In this document: piece by piece, positions 39,876 to 48,635 of the stretch
Layout: every line of letters begins with the position of its first letter
Numbering within the stretch: position 1 is the first letter of the stretch
NCBI GenBank assembly: GCA_913009635.1
Contig: CAJVXI010000002.1
Coordinates: 1 to 57,860, forward strand
Length of the DNA: 57,860 bases
Source: an uncultured bacterium
GTDB lineage: Bacteria; Patescibacteriota; Minisyncoccia; UBA6257; UBA9933
Reading direction: 5' to 3'
Translations under genes and position numbers: made by a program
Notes under the pieces: generated by a model
Told to the model about the DNA's origin: nothing
Databases searched by the model: none
What the model saw: only the letters and a program-made list of their open reading frames with translations

Positions 39876-41525
39876 ATGAAATGGCGTTTTATATTTTTAC
39901 TAATTTTCTTTGGGAGTTTGTATACGCTCCTAATTCATAATATATACGATCTTCAGCTGGAAAAGTGGGAATATTATTCCGGTAAAGCTGAGGCTCAGCA
40001 GAGAGCAGGCGGTGAATTAGAGCCAGTCAGGGGCAATATTTATTTTACAGATAAAAATAGTAATTTGATTCCAGCTGTTTTAAATAAAGAATATTCTTCA
40101 ATCTATGCGGTTCCCAAAGAATTTCAAAATAATGACTACGATTATAATAATGACTTTGAAAAATTATCTCAAATCGTTAATATTTCTATTGAAGAATTAG
40201 AAAAGAAACTTAACAAACCAGACGACCTTTATGAATTATTAGTTCAGAAAGCGACTTTTGAACAATTAAGAAAAATAAAAGAACTTAAGCTTAAGGGAAT
40301 TTATATTGAAAAACAACTTCTTAGGTTTTATCCTTTTGGAAATTTAGCTTCTCATGTTTTAGGTTTTATCGGTCCCGCGGATAACGGCGTCAAATTAATC
40401 GGCCATTATGGGATCGAATCTTATTTTAATAAATTATTAACAGGGAAAACAGGAGAGGTTAAAGGCGATACTTTAATAAAGCCGGAAAACGGGGAAAATC
40501 TAGTTTTGACAATAGACAGAAATATTCAAGCTCAAGCTGAAGAAATATTAAATAAACTTATTCAAAAATATGAAGCTGTTGGTGGTACAATAATTGTTCA
40601 AGAGCCGGCTACGGGGAAAATTTTGGCAATGGTGAATTTTCCTAATTTTAATCCGAATAATTATTCATTATCGGAAATTGGAGATTTTATTAATCCGTCA
40701 GTCCAGTTTGTTTATGAGCCTGGCTCAGTTTTTAAAATTTTTACGATGTCCGCTGGAATTGATAGCGGAAAAATTACTCCTGAAACCACTTTTTATGACA
40801 GTGGTTCGGTTACATTAAATAATCGGACAATTCATAACTGGAAATTAAAATCTTTCGGAACTCAAACAATGACTGGCGTTATTGAGAATTCTATCAATAC
40901 TGGTGCTGTTTTTGCTGAACAAAAAACCGGCCACGATATTTTTTATAATTATTTAATTAAATTTGGATTTAACAAGTTAACAAACATTAATTTACCCGGC
41001 GAAGTGGTGGGGAATATCAATAATTTAAAAAACGGCCGTGATATAAATTTCGCAACCGCTTCTTTTGGACATGGCATTTCAATAACGCCCATAGAATTAA
41101 TTAATGCGGTTTCTGCAATTGCCAATAAAGGTATTCTTATGAGGCCATATATTTTAGCGGATAAAATTCCTGAAACAATTCAACAAATTATTACTCGTGG
41201 AACTGCTGGAACAGTTACTAAAATGATAGTTTCGGCTGTTAAAAAAAATGTTGCCGCGGATATTTCCAATTATTCTGTTGCCGGAAAAACCGGAACAGCT
41301 TATATTCCTGATTTTATTAATGGAGGGTACACTGACGACGTAATAAACACTTTTGTCGGTTTTGCTCCTGCTTCAGACGCAAAATTCACAATTTTAATAA
41401 AATTAGATAAACCAGCGGGTGCTCCTTTTGCAGGTCTTACCGTTGCGCCGGCTTTTCGAAGTTTAGCGCAATTTATTTTAAATTATTATAATATAGCACC
41501 GGATGAATTAGGTATTAGTGATTAG
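39876..41525 (+). CDS. ftsI: penicillin-binding protein 2/FtsI-type transpeptidase
   Basis: SxxK in GSVFKIF, SxN in ENSINTG, and KTGTA. Confidence 0.9.
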   Translation: MKWRFIFLLIFFGSLYTLLIHNIYDLQLEKWEYYSGKAEAQQRAGGELEPVRGNIYFTDKNSNLIPAVLNKEYSSIYAVPKEFQNNDYDYNNDFEKLSQIVNISIEELEKKLNKPDDLYELLVQKATFEQLRKIKELKLKGIYIEKQLLRFYPFGNLASHVLGFIGPADNGVKLIGHYGIESYFNKLLTGKTGEVKGDTLIKPENGENLVLTIDRNIQAQAEEILNKLIQKYEAVGGTIIVQEPATGKILAMVNFPNFNPNNYSLSEIGDFINPSVQFVYEPGSVFKIFTMSAGIDSGKITPETTFYDSGSVTLNNRTIHNWKLKSFGTQTMTGVIENSINTGAVFAEQKTGHDIFYNYLIKFGFNKLTNINLPGEVVGNINNLKNGRDINFATASFGHGISITPIELINAVSAIANKGILMRPYILADKIPETIQQIITRGTAGTVTKMIVSAVKKNVAADISNYSVAGKTGTAYIPDFINGGYTDDVINTFVGFAPASDAKFTILIKLDKPAGAPFAGLTVAPAFRSLAQFILNYYNIAPDELGISD

Positions 41526-41546
41526 CCACTAGCCACTAGTGATTAG
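41517..41546. repeat. REP-like repeat supplying the ftsI stop
   Basis: agtgattagccactagccactagtgattag. Confidence 0.8.
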
Positions 41547-41551
41547 AAAAC

Positions 41552-42841
41552 ATGAAAATAAACACACTAAAATATATCCTAAAACAATTAGTCAAGCTAA
41601 TTCTTTGGCGTTATAAGCCGGATATAATCGCTATTACCGGCAGCGTTGGGAAAACTTCTGCCAAAGAAGCGATTTACGCGGTTTTATCCACTTCAGGCAA
41701 GCGTATAAGAAAATCAGGCGGAAATTTAAATAATGAGCTTGGTGTGCCTTTGGCGATTTTGGGGAATTGGTCAGAATCAGAATTAAAATTAGTGAGTTTA
41801 GGCCAACCTGCGGGGACAAAAAAACTAAGAAAGTTATTTTTTTGGTTAAAAGTAGTAATTATTTCATTCGTCCGCGTTATTCTTTTTCCAAAATTTACTT
41901 ATCCAAACATATTAATTTTAGAATATGGAGCTGGAAAGCCAAACGATATTAAAAAACTTTTGGAAATTGCTAAACCTAAAATCGGAGTAATTACGGCTAT
42001 TGGAGATATTCCGGTTCATATTGAATTTTATAGCGGTCCAGAAGCAGTTGTCAGAGAAAAATCAAAATTAATTGAAAATATGTCTGTTAATAATTTTGTA
42101 GTTTTAAATTTTGACGATAAAACAGTAATGGAAGTAGGGGAAAAGACCCGGGCAAAAACAATAACTTTTGGTTTTAACGAAAACGCAAACGTAAAATTAA
42201 CTAATTTTGAGAATTACATTAAAGAAGATGAGTTTATTGGTGCTTGTTTTAAAATTGAGCATAACGGCAATATTGTTCCAGTGGCAATAAAAGGTGTCTT
42301 GGGCAGAAGCCAGGCCTATACTGCTGGCGCGGCAGCTTGCATTGGATTGATTTATGAATTAAATTTAGTGGAGATTTGCGAGGCCTTATCTTCTATCTAT
42401 AAGTCGGCAAAACACAGGATGAATTTACTTATCGGCATCAAGGGCAGTTTGGTGATTGATGACAGTTATAATGCTTCGCCGATTTCAATGAAATCCGCGT
42501 TGGAAACGCTTGATGATATAAAAATAGAAGGCAGTAAAATAGCGGTTTTAGGAGACATGCTGGAATTAGGTGAATATTCGTCAGGAGTTCATAAATCTAT
42601 TGGCAAGTTGGTTTCTGGAATTGTTGATTTTTTGATTACAGTTGGGCCAAACGGTAAAATTATTGCTGAATCCGCTGGTCTTAATGGTTTAGTAAAAGAT
42701 AAAATTTTAAGTTTTGATAATGTTGATGAAGCAGGAAAAGCAGTAAAAAACATTATTAATAAAAATGATATAATACTTGTAAAAGCTTCACGCGGAATAG
42801 GATTAGATAAGGTGGTGGATGAGATAAAAGCAAACTCATAA
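41552..42841 (+). CDS. murF: UDP-N-acetylmuramoyl-tripeptide--D-alanyl-D-alanine ligase
   Basis: ITGSVGKTSAKE P-loop, DDSYNASP, GDMLELG. Confidence 0.9.
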   Translation: MKINTLKYILKQLVKLILWRYKPDIIAITGSVGKTSAKEAIYAVLSTSGKRIRKSGGNLNNELGVPLAILGNWSESELKLVSLGQPAGTKKLRKLFFWLKVVIISFVRVILFPKFTYPNILILEYGAGKPNDIKKLLEIAKPKIGVITAIGDIPVHIEFYSGPEAVVREKSKLIENMSVNNFVVLNFDDKTVMEVGEKTRAKTITFGFNENANVKLTNFENYIKEDEFIGACFKIEHNGNIVPVAIKGVLGRSQAYTAGAAACIGLIYELNLVEICEALSSIYKSAKHRMNLLIGIKGSLVIDDSYNASPISMKSALETLDDIKIEGSKIAVLGDMLELGEYSSGVHKSIGKLVSGIVDFLITVGPNGKIIAESAGLNGLVKDKILSFDNVDEAGKAVKNIINKNDIILVKASRGIGLDKVVDEIKANS

Positions 42842-43072
42842 ATCTTTTCTCGCCAGTGATTTCCACTCAGATAAATTATCCTCATTCGTCGTTAGAAGTA
42901 ACGGAAAATATCGAACTCAACCTCTCCGCCAGCTGGCGGATCGGGATTCAGACAGCGACATTTTCTTATTTCTTTCCTCCTCTTTCGGTAATTTACCGCA
43001 TCCGACTTCGCCTTGACGAAGTTATGGCGGGCGGGTGACTTCGTTCCAATATGCTGGCTACAGAAAAGATTT
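42840..43072. repeat. 233-bp composite element bounded by 17-19-bp inverted repeats; contains a family C copy and a MITE-core fragment
   Basis: Arms aaatcttttctcgccag / ctggctacagaaaagattt. Internal ccgccagctggcgg, and accgcatccgacttcgccttgacgaagttatggcgggcgggt (42995..43036). Confidence 0.7.
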
Positions 43073-43143
43073 ATTCGTTTTTAACTCACTACGAAAAGAT
43101 TTTAGTGTATTGTATACTTGATAAAGAGTTAGGTTTTCTAAAT

Positions 43144-43215
43144 GCCGCTTTCGTCTAGTGGTTAGGACACGACGTTCTCAACGTTGAAACACGGGTTCGA
43201 TTCCCGTAAGCGGCA
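43144..43215 (+). tRNA. tRNA-Glu (CTC)
   Basis: gccgctttcgtctagtggttaggacacgacgttctcaacgttgaaacacgggttcgattcccgtaagcggca. Anticodon loop uuCUCaa. Confidence 0.9.
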
Positions 43216-43356
43216 TATTAATACTTTAATTACTTTTGTATTATTAGTTTTGATGCTGTTACTAAGTTTATATTTAATAATAAATTTAATTTATATGTAG
43301 AATAACATAAACAAAAAAATATTAATCTCAATTTAAGACGTGCTTTTTTATTTATT

Positions 43357-43462
43357 AATCCCTGTTTTAATCCCTGTTTTTAATCAGGGATTTTATTTCG
43401 GCGCTATAACGCGTTATAGCGCTCTATTTGATAGAGTAGGTACTTCCACGCGTGGAAGTACC
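43357..43462. repeat. direct/inverted aatccctg repeats followed by 22-bp and 24-bp perfect ACGCGT-centred palindromes
   Basis: aatccctgtttt x2 plus cagggatt. gcgctataacgcgttatagcgc (43401..43422) and ggtacttccacgcgtggaagtacc (43439..43462). Confidence 0.9.
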
Positions 43463-43549
43463 TGTTGCTTTGATTAATCAATGTAACGACTTGCGATGTC
43501 GTTATTTTAAATTTGCCGTTAAAGATAAAACTTGATAAAATAGCAGTAA

Positions 43550-43888
43550 ATGAAATATATTCTTAGAGACAAATATCTTCGGGTAGTTTTTGGATTAAGT
43601 TTTTTGATTTTAATTCTGATTTCTTGCATTGCGTATATAAAACTCGGCGAAAACACAGCACCGTTAATTCTTCATTTTGATATTTATAAAGGGATTGATT
43701 TCTTGGGTGGAAGAATTGAAGCTTTTGGTATTTTAATTTCATCTTTTGCAATGATTTTAATAAATTTACTTTTAGCAAATTCTTTTTACAATCGTGAAAG
43801 ATTTCTTTCGTATATTTTCGGATTTGTCAGTTTTGGGCTGGTAATCTTGATTTTAATCGGAGTATCTGTTATTATTTCAGTTAACTGA
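43550..43888 (+). CDS. hypothetical membrane protein (3 predicted TM helices)
   Basis: Hydrophobic segments [37 protein letters not shown] and [21 protein letters not shown]. Confidence 0.5.
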   Translation: MKYILRDKYLRVVFGLSFLILILISCIAYIKLGENTAPLILHFDIYKGIDFLGGRIEAFGILISSFAMILINLLLANSFYNRERFLSYIFGFVSFGLVILILIGVSVIISVN

Positions 43889-43994
43889 TAAATGTAATGC
43901 TAATATACTAATTTATGCTAATTATACTAATGGATACGAATTAGTATTTATTCGTATCATTAGTACGCATTCGTATATTGGCATTACGCTTAAT

Positions 43995-44309
43995 ATGAAG
44001 TTTGCTATCATTCAAACCGGAGGTAAGCAATATAAAGTAGCTTCCGGACAAAAAATTAAAGTAGAAAAATTAGACGTTGAAGAAAACGAAAATTTTGTTT
44101 TTGACAAGGTTTTATTAATGGTTGACGGAGATAATGTTAAAATTGGCACTCCTTATATTGAAGGTGCGAAAGTAGAGGCAAAAATCGTAAAACAGGGGAG
44201 AGATAAAAAGAAAATAGTTTTTCGCTATCATTCAAAAACAAGATATATGAAGAAAAAAGGACATCGACAGCATTTTACAGAAGCGGAAATTAAGAAAACT
44301 GAAGCATGA
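43995..44309 (+). CDS. rplU: 50S ribosomal protein L21
   Basis: [32 protein letters not shown]. Confidence 0.93.
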   Translation: MKFAIIQTGGKQYKVASGQKIKVEKLDVEENENFVFDKVLLMVDGDNVKIGTPYIEGAKVEAKIVKQGRDKKKIVFRYHSKTRYMKKKGHRQHFTEAEIKKTEA

Positions 44310-44372
44310 ATAATGAATAATGGGTATGTTGAATTTTTTTAAATTCATAATTCTTTATTCGTGATTCATTAT

Positions 44373-45005
44373 TCACGAGCGTCTCTCAAGCGCCTGTCCG
44401 AGAGTTTCTTCATCAGCAAATTCAATTTCACCGCCCGTTGGGATACCGCGTCCCAAACGGGTTATTTTTTTGGCAAAATCTTTGAGTTCTTTTGTGATTA
44501 TCATTGCGTTGAGGTCTCCGTAAGTTGTGGGATTGGTAGCAATAATAATTTCTTCGGCTTTTGTCCCGAGTTCTTTTTTAATAATGTTTTTTAGGTGGTT
44601 TAATCGCAGTTTTTGGGCGCTTTTCATATCTCCGCTTTTTGTTAATTCACCCAAGACCAAATACCTGCCTTTGAATTTTTTAGTTCTTTCAATGGAAATC
44701 AAATCAGTTTCTTTTTCAAGAACCATAAAGATGTTGTTTTGGCGGTTTTTATCTTGGCATATATCACATAGATTTTCTTTGCCTGCCCCGTTAGAGGATT
44801 TTTCTCTAATGGGGCCTGAGTGGACAAAAAAACACATAGAACATATTTTTAAGTATTTTAAATCTGAAATCACTTTAGCTGTTTCTTCAATTTGATTTTT
44901 ACCTTTGTTGATTAAATAAAAAGCCAGCCGGGTGGACTGGCGTAATCCAATAGAGGGAAGCTTGGAGAATATCGCGATGAAATTTTTAATAGGATCCGGT
45001 AACAT
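44373..45005 (-). CDS. recR: recombination protein RecR
   Basis: LPSIGLRQSTRLAFYL HhH motif, C4 zinc finger CSMC...CDIC, Toprim IATNPTTYGD. ATG at 45005 is preferred because the GTG at 45017 lies in a REP-like repeat. Confidence 0.9.
   Translation of the reverse strand: MLPDPIKNFIAIFSKLPSIGLRQSTRLAFYLINKGKNQIEETAKVISDLKYLKICSMCFFVHSGPIREKSSNGAGKENLCDICQDKNRQNNIFMVLEKETDLISIERTKKFKGRYLVLGELTKSGDMKSAQKLRLNHLKNIIKKELGTKAEEIIIATNPTTYGDLNAMIITKELKDFAKKITRLGRGIPTGGEIEFADEETLGQALERRS
44786..44814. repeat. family E hairpin in frame inside the RecR zinc-finger loop
   Basis: ccccgttagagga-ttttt-ctctaatgggg. It lengthens the spacer between the two Cys pairs to 21 aa. Confidence 0.75.
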
Positions 45006-45011
45006 ATGGCG

Positions 45012-45085
45012 AGCCACTAGCCATTAGGGTTTAGCCACTAGGAAATAACACTAATTACTAGTGGCTAGTCGCTAGTGGCTAATTA
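45012..45085. repeat. REP-like stop-rich inverted repeat between recR and dnaB
   Basis: agccactagccattagggtttagccactagg ... ctagtggctagtcgctagtggctaa. Confidence 0.8.
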
Positions 45086-46423
45086 CTAATGTATTTTATC
45101 AATAGGGCGGAAAGTAACTTTTTCCTGGTCAAATTTCAACTTAACGGTTCCTAGTGGTCCGTTGCGGTGTTTGGCAATAATAATTTCCGCTGTGTTTTCT
45201 TCTTCAGGTAAAGGTTCAATTTTATCTCTATCTTTTCTGTAAATAAACATTACAACGTCAGCATCTTGCTCCCAACTTCCTGTTTCGCGAAGATCTGAAA
45301 GTCGAGGTATTTTTATTTCTCTTTGTTCAACTCCGCGGGAAAGCTGTGAGACTGCTAGAACCGGGATGTTAAGTTCTCTGGCTATGGCTTTTAGTCCATG
45401 ACTGATTTCGGTGAATTGTTGAACCATATTTTCTGAACCAGTACGTGGCTGAATTAATTGAACATAATCAACAATTAAAAGGCCTAAACCGTGTTCAGCT
45501 TGCAATCTGCGTGCCATTGAACGCATTTGAATAATATTGGGCGAAGGAGTGTCGTCAATAAAAATAGGTATTTTTGACAGACGGTCCAATGCTTCTTGGA
45601 TCATTTCAAAATCAACTTCGTCCGTAAGTCTGCCAGTTCGTAATCTCCAAAGAGGAACTTGGGCTTCAGCAGAAATTAATCTATCTATTACTTGCTCTCT
45701 GGACATTTCCAAAGAAAAGATACCAACGGGAACTTGTCCTTTTGTGGCCGCGTGGCGGGCAATATCCAAAGTAAGAGTAGTTTTACCAAGTGATGGTCTA
45801 GCTCCCAAAACTATCAAGTCAGAACGTTGAAGCCCGGAAAGATAATGATCAATTTCATTAAATCCAGTTGTAACACCGCGTAAACATTTTTCTCCCTGAT
45901 GAAGCTTTTCTATTCTTTCGTAAGCTTCTTTAAGCTCGTCTTTTACTGGTATAAAATTTTGAGTTCGTGATTTCTGCGCAATGGCAAAAATCTGTTTTTC
46001 AATTTTATCAAGAAGCTCTTCGGTATTATAAGACATATCAAAAGCTTGTTCTGTTATTTTTGCGGAAGTATGAATAAGATCGCGAAGAACCCTTTTGTTT
46101 TTAATTGTTTCAGCATAATGCTGGATATGCGAGGCGGTTGGCACGGAATTTATTAAATCGGTAAGATAGCCAGAGCCACCGATTTCAGAAATTTTCTTTT
46201 TTTCCTTTAGCCGGCTGGTAACGCTTAAAATATCAATTGGCTCATTTTTACTAAAAAGATCTAGAATTATTTCGAAAATTTGGCCGTGGATTGGTTTATA
46301 AAAATCATTAGACGTAATTAAATCAGCCACTTGAATAATGGCATTTTTATCTAGCATTAACGCTCCCAATACAGAACGTTCAGCATCTATGTCTTGTGGA
46401 GGAAGTTTGAGATTTTTATCCAT
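45086..46423 (-). CDS. dnaB: replicative DNA helicase DnaB
   Basis: PPQDIDAERSVLGALML, Walker A GARPSLGKTT, LIVDYVQL. ATG at 46423 is preferred because the ORF-track start at 46501 lies inside the MITE-like element. Confidence 0.93.
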   Translation of the reverse strand: MDKNLKLPPQDIDAERSVLGALMLDKNAIIQVADLITSNDFYKPIHGQIFEIILDLFSKNEPIDILSVTSRLKEKKKISEIGGSGYLTDLINSVPTASHIQHYAETIKNKRVLRDLIHTSAKITEQAFDMSYNTEELLDKIEKQIFAIAQKSRTQNFIPVKDELKEAYERIEKLHQGEKCLRGVTTGFNEIDHYLSGLQRSDLIVLGARPSLGKTTLTLDIARHAATKGQVPVGIFSLEMSREQVIDRLISAEAQVPLWRLRTGRLTDEVDFEMIQEALDRLSKIPIFIDDTPSPNIIQMRSMARRLQAEHGLGLLIVDYVQLIQPRTGSENMVQQFTEISHGLKAIARELNIPVLAVSQLSRGVEQREIKIPRLSDLRETGSWEQDADVVMFIYRKDRDKIEPLPEEENTAEIIIAKHRNGPLGTVKLKFDQEKVTFRPIDKIH

Positions 46424-46430
46424 ACGTGTA

Positions 46431-46580
46431 AATTCCAAGCACCAAGCACCAAATAATGTTCGAATATTCAATGACCAAAATTCAAAACGTGTTTCGGTCA
46501 TTGGAATTTAGAATTTTGAATTTGCCCCTCGGTCCTGAAATTCTCGGGATTGAAGGATTTAGGATTTGGAATTTGTTATT
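46431..46580. mobile_element. MITE-like palindromic element, copy C
   Basis: aattccaagcaccaagcaccaaataa ... acgtgtttcggtcattggaat ... ggatttggaatttgttatttcc. The right end contains the cysS stop codon. Confidence 0.6.
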
Positions 46581-47964
46581 TCCGCAGGACTGTCGATCCT
46601 GCGGCAGTGTCTTCTAATTTATATCCTAATGATTCTATTTTTTTTCTCAAGCTGTCAGCAGGGACAAACTGTTTATTAGCTCTTAATTTCTCTCGCTGTC
46701 CTGCTAAATCCTTTATTTTTTGCGGAATTTTGTCTATTTTATTTTCAGTTTTCTTTATTTTATTCAATCCAAGGCCTAAAACTTTATCAAATTCAAGAAG
46801 TAATTGTTTTTTTGTGGAAGAAGAAATGTTTTTATCTTTAATAACTTTCCAGAAAATCGCCAGGGCTTTTGAAGTATTTAAGTCGTCATTAATAGACGTT
46901 AAGAAATTATTTTCATAGATTTTTATTATTTTGGGATTTTTAACTATTTTTGCCTCGCGATTTATATCTTGAATAAATTCATAAATATTATTCAGAGCGC
47001 TCTGAGCCGCTTTTATGCTTTTCCATGTAAAGTTTAGTTTTGAACGGTAGTGAGATGTTAATATAAGATAACGGAAAGCGAGTGGGCTAAAACTATTTTT
47101 TTCTACGTCTCTAAGAGTATAAATATTACCCAATGATTTTGACATCTTCTGCTCATTAACCAAAAGATGTTCTCCTTCAATCCAATAGTTTACGAATTTT
47201 TTTCCAGTGGTAGCTTCTGATTGCGCAATTTCATTTTCGTGATGGGGGAATAACAAATCAATAGCGCCGGAATGGATGTCAATGGTTCGGCCTTGCTCAC
47301 CACCAAGATGTTTCATGCTCATTGCGGAACATTCAATGTGCCATCCTGGCCTTCCGTTTCCAAAAGGACTTGACCATGATGGTTCTCCCGGTTTTTTAGA
47401 TTTCCACAAAACAAAATCTTGAATATTTTCTTTATTGTATTCATCCGCTTCAATTCTTGCGCCTATTTTTATATTTTTTTTGTTTAAACGAGAAAGTTTT
47501 CCGTAGTTTTTGAATTTGGATATGTCAAAATAAATTGAATTATCTTTACCTTTATAGGCAAAACCTTTTTTCAATAACTTTTTTATTATATTGATTATTT
47601 CTTTTATATGTTTTGTTGCTTTTGGGTATTGCTCAGCTTTTTCAATATTCAATTTTTTGAGGTCTTCAAAGAATATTTTGGTGTATGGTTCTGTAATTTC
47701 ATGGATTTTTTTCTTTTCTTTTTTGGCTTTTCTGATTATTTTGTCTTCTACGTCAGTGATGTTCATTATCTGTTTTACTTTATAGCCGTTATATTTGAGA
47801 GTACGGCGAAGAATATCTTCAAAAATATAGGTTCGTAGATTGCCAATATGGGCATGCCAGTAAACCGTTGGTCCACAGGCATAAAAATTAACCCTGTTTT
47901 TGCGTATTGGCTTAAATGTTTGTTTTTTACGGGTAAGGAAATTGTAGAGTTTGACGGTCTTCAT
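46576..47964 (-). CDS. cysS: cysteine--tRNA ligase
   Basis: HIGH-type HAHIGNLRT, KMSKSLGN, zinc-site CGPTVY. The last 9 codons are encoded by the hairpin ccgcagga-N7-tcctgcgg. Confidence 0.93.
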   Translation of the reverse strand: MKTVKLYNFLTRKKQTFKPIRKNRVNFYACGPTVYWHAHIGNLRTYIFEDILRRTLKYNGYKVKQIMNITDVEDKIIRKAKKEKKKIHEITEPYTKIFFEDLKKLNIEKAEQYPKATKHIKEIINIIKKLLKKGFAYKGKDNSIYFDISKFKNYGKLSRLNKKNIKIGARIEADEYNKENIQDFVLWKSKKPGEPSWSSPFGNGRPGWHIECSAMSMKHLGGEQGRTIDIHSGAIDLLFPHHENEIAQSEATTGKKFVNYWIEGEHLLVNEQKMSKSLGNIYTLRDVEKNSFSPLAFRYLILTSHYRSKLNFTWKSIKAAQSALNNIYEFIQDINREAKIVKNPKIIKIYENNFLTSINDDLNTSKALAIFWKVIKDKNISSSTKKQLLLEFDKVLGLGLNKIKKTENKIDKIPQKIKDLAGQREKLRANKQFVPADSLRKKIESLGYKLEDTAAGSTVLRK

Positions 47965-48009
47965 TATTTTTTAATTCTATTTTATGTTGGGCTTATTTGC
48001 AAATTTTTC

Positions 48010-48037
48010 TTGACACTTAAAAATTTATTCTTATAAT
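48010..48037 (+). promoter_or_regulatory. consensus sigma70-type promoter for grpE-dnaK
   Basis: TTGACA - 16 nt - TATAAT, 9 nt upstream of the grpE ATG. No CIRCE element seen. Confidence 0.65.
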
Positions 48038-48046
48038 GTAATATGT

Positions 48047-48523
48047 ATGACATCAGAACAAAAAGAAGAGAAAAAGGATCCCGCTTCAAAATGCGAGAAA
48101 TACAAAGAGGAAGCAGAGGAGTATTTAGATGGATGGAAACGAGCTAAAGCGGATTTAGCGAATTATAAGAAAGAAGAGGCCAAGCGTTTTATGGAAATGG
48201 TTAAATTTGCCAGCGAGGATTTAATCAGAGAAATGATAGTTATTTTAGACAGCTTTGATTTGGGATTGGCTGCGTTGGAAAAAGACGGAAAAGCCGAAAA
48301 AGGATTGTATTTAATACGCACTCAATTAGAAGACGCTTTAAGAAAAAGAGGACTGGAAAGAGTTATAATTTCAGTTGGACAGCCGTTTGATGCTGCTTTA
48401 CAAGAAGCAATTGCTGAAGTAGAGTCGGACAAATCTAGTGGCATTGTTATTGAAGAAGTGGAACGAGGTTATCTTTTAAACGGAAAACTTATTAGACCAG
48501 CGAGGGTAAAAGTTTCAAAATAA
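48047..48523 (+). CDS. grpE: nucleotide exchange factor GrpE
   Basis: RAKADLANYKKE, DSFDLGL, and the C-terminal beta domain GYLLNGKLIRPARV. Confidence 0.92.
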   Translation: MTSEQKEEKKDPASKCEKYKEEAEEYLDGWKRAKADLANYKKEEAKRFMEMVKFASEDLIREMIVILDSFDLGLAALEKDGKAEKGLYLIRTQLEDALRKRGLERVIISVGQPFDAALQEAIAEVESDKSSGIVIEEVERGYLLNGKLIRPARVKVSK

Positions 48524-48635
48524 AAATAGTTTATAGTTTATAGTTTATAGTTTTTAGTTTCAGTTTTTTAGTTTTCAGTTAAACCATTAACTAATTAACC
48601 AAAACTATTAACTAAAAACCAATAACTTTATTAAT

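Noticed and set aside
42856-43038. 60-aa ORF downstream of murF.
   Set aside because: It lies entirely within the inverted-repeat-bounded composite element. Its C-terminus is the family C repeat. It has no RBS and a GC-rich, repeat-derived composition.
46424-46501. 26-aa N-terminal extension of DnaB from the ORF track.
   Set aside because: It is encoded entirely by the MITE-like element. The conserved DnaB N-terminus begins at the downstream ATG (46423).
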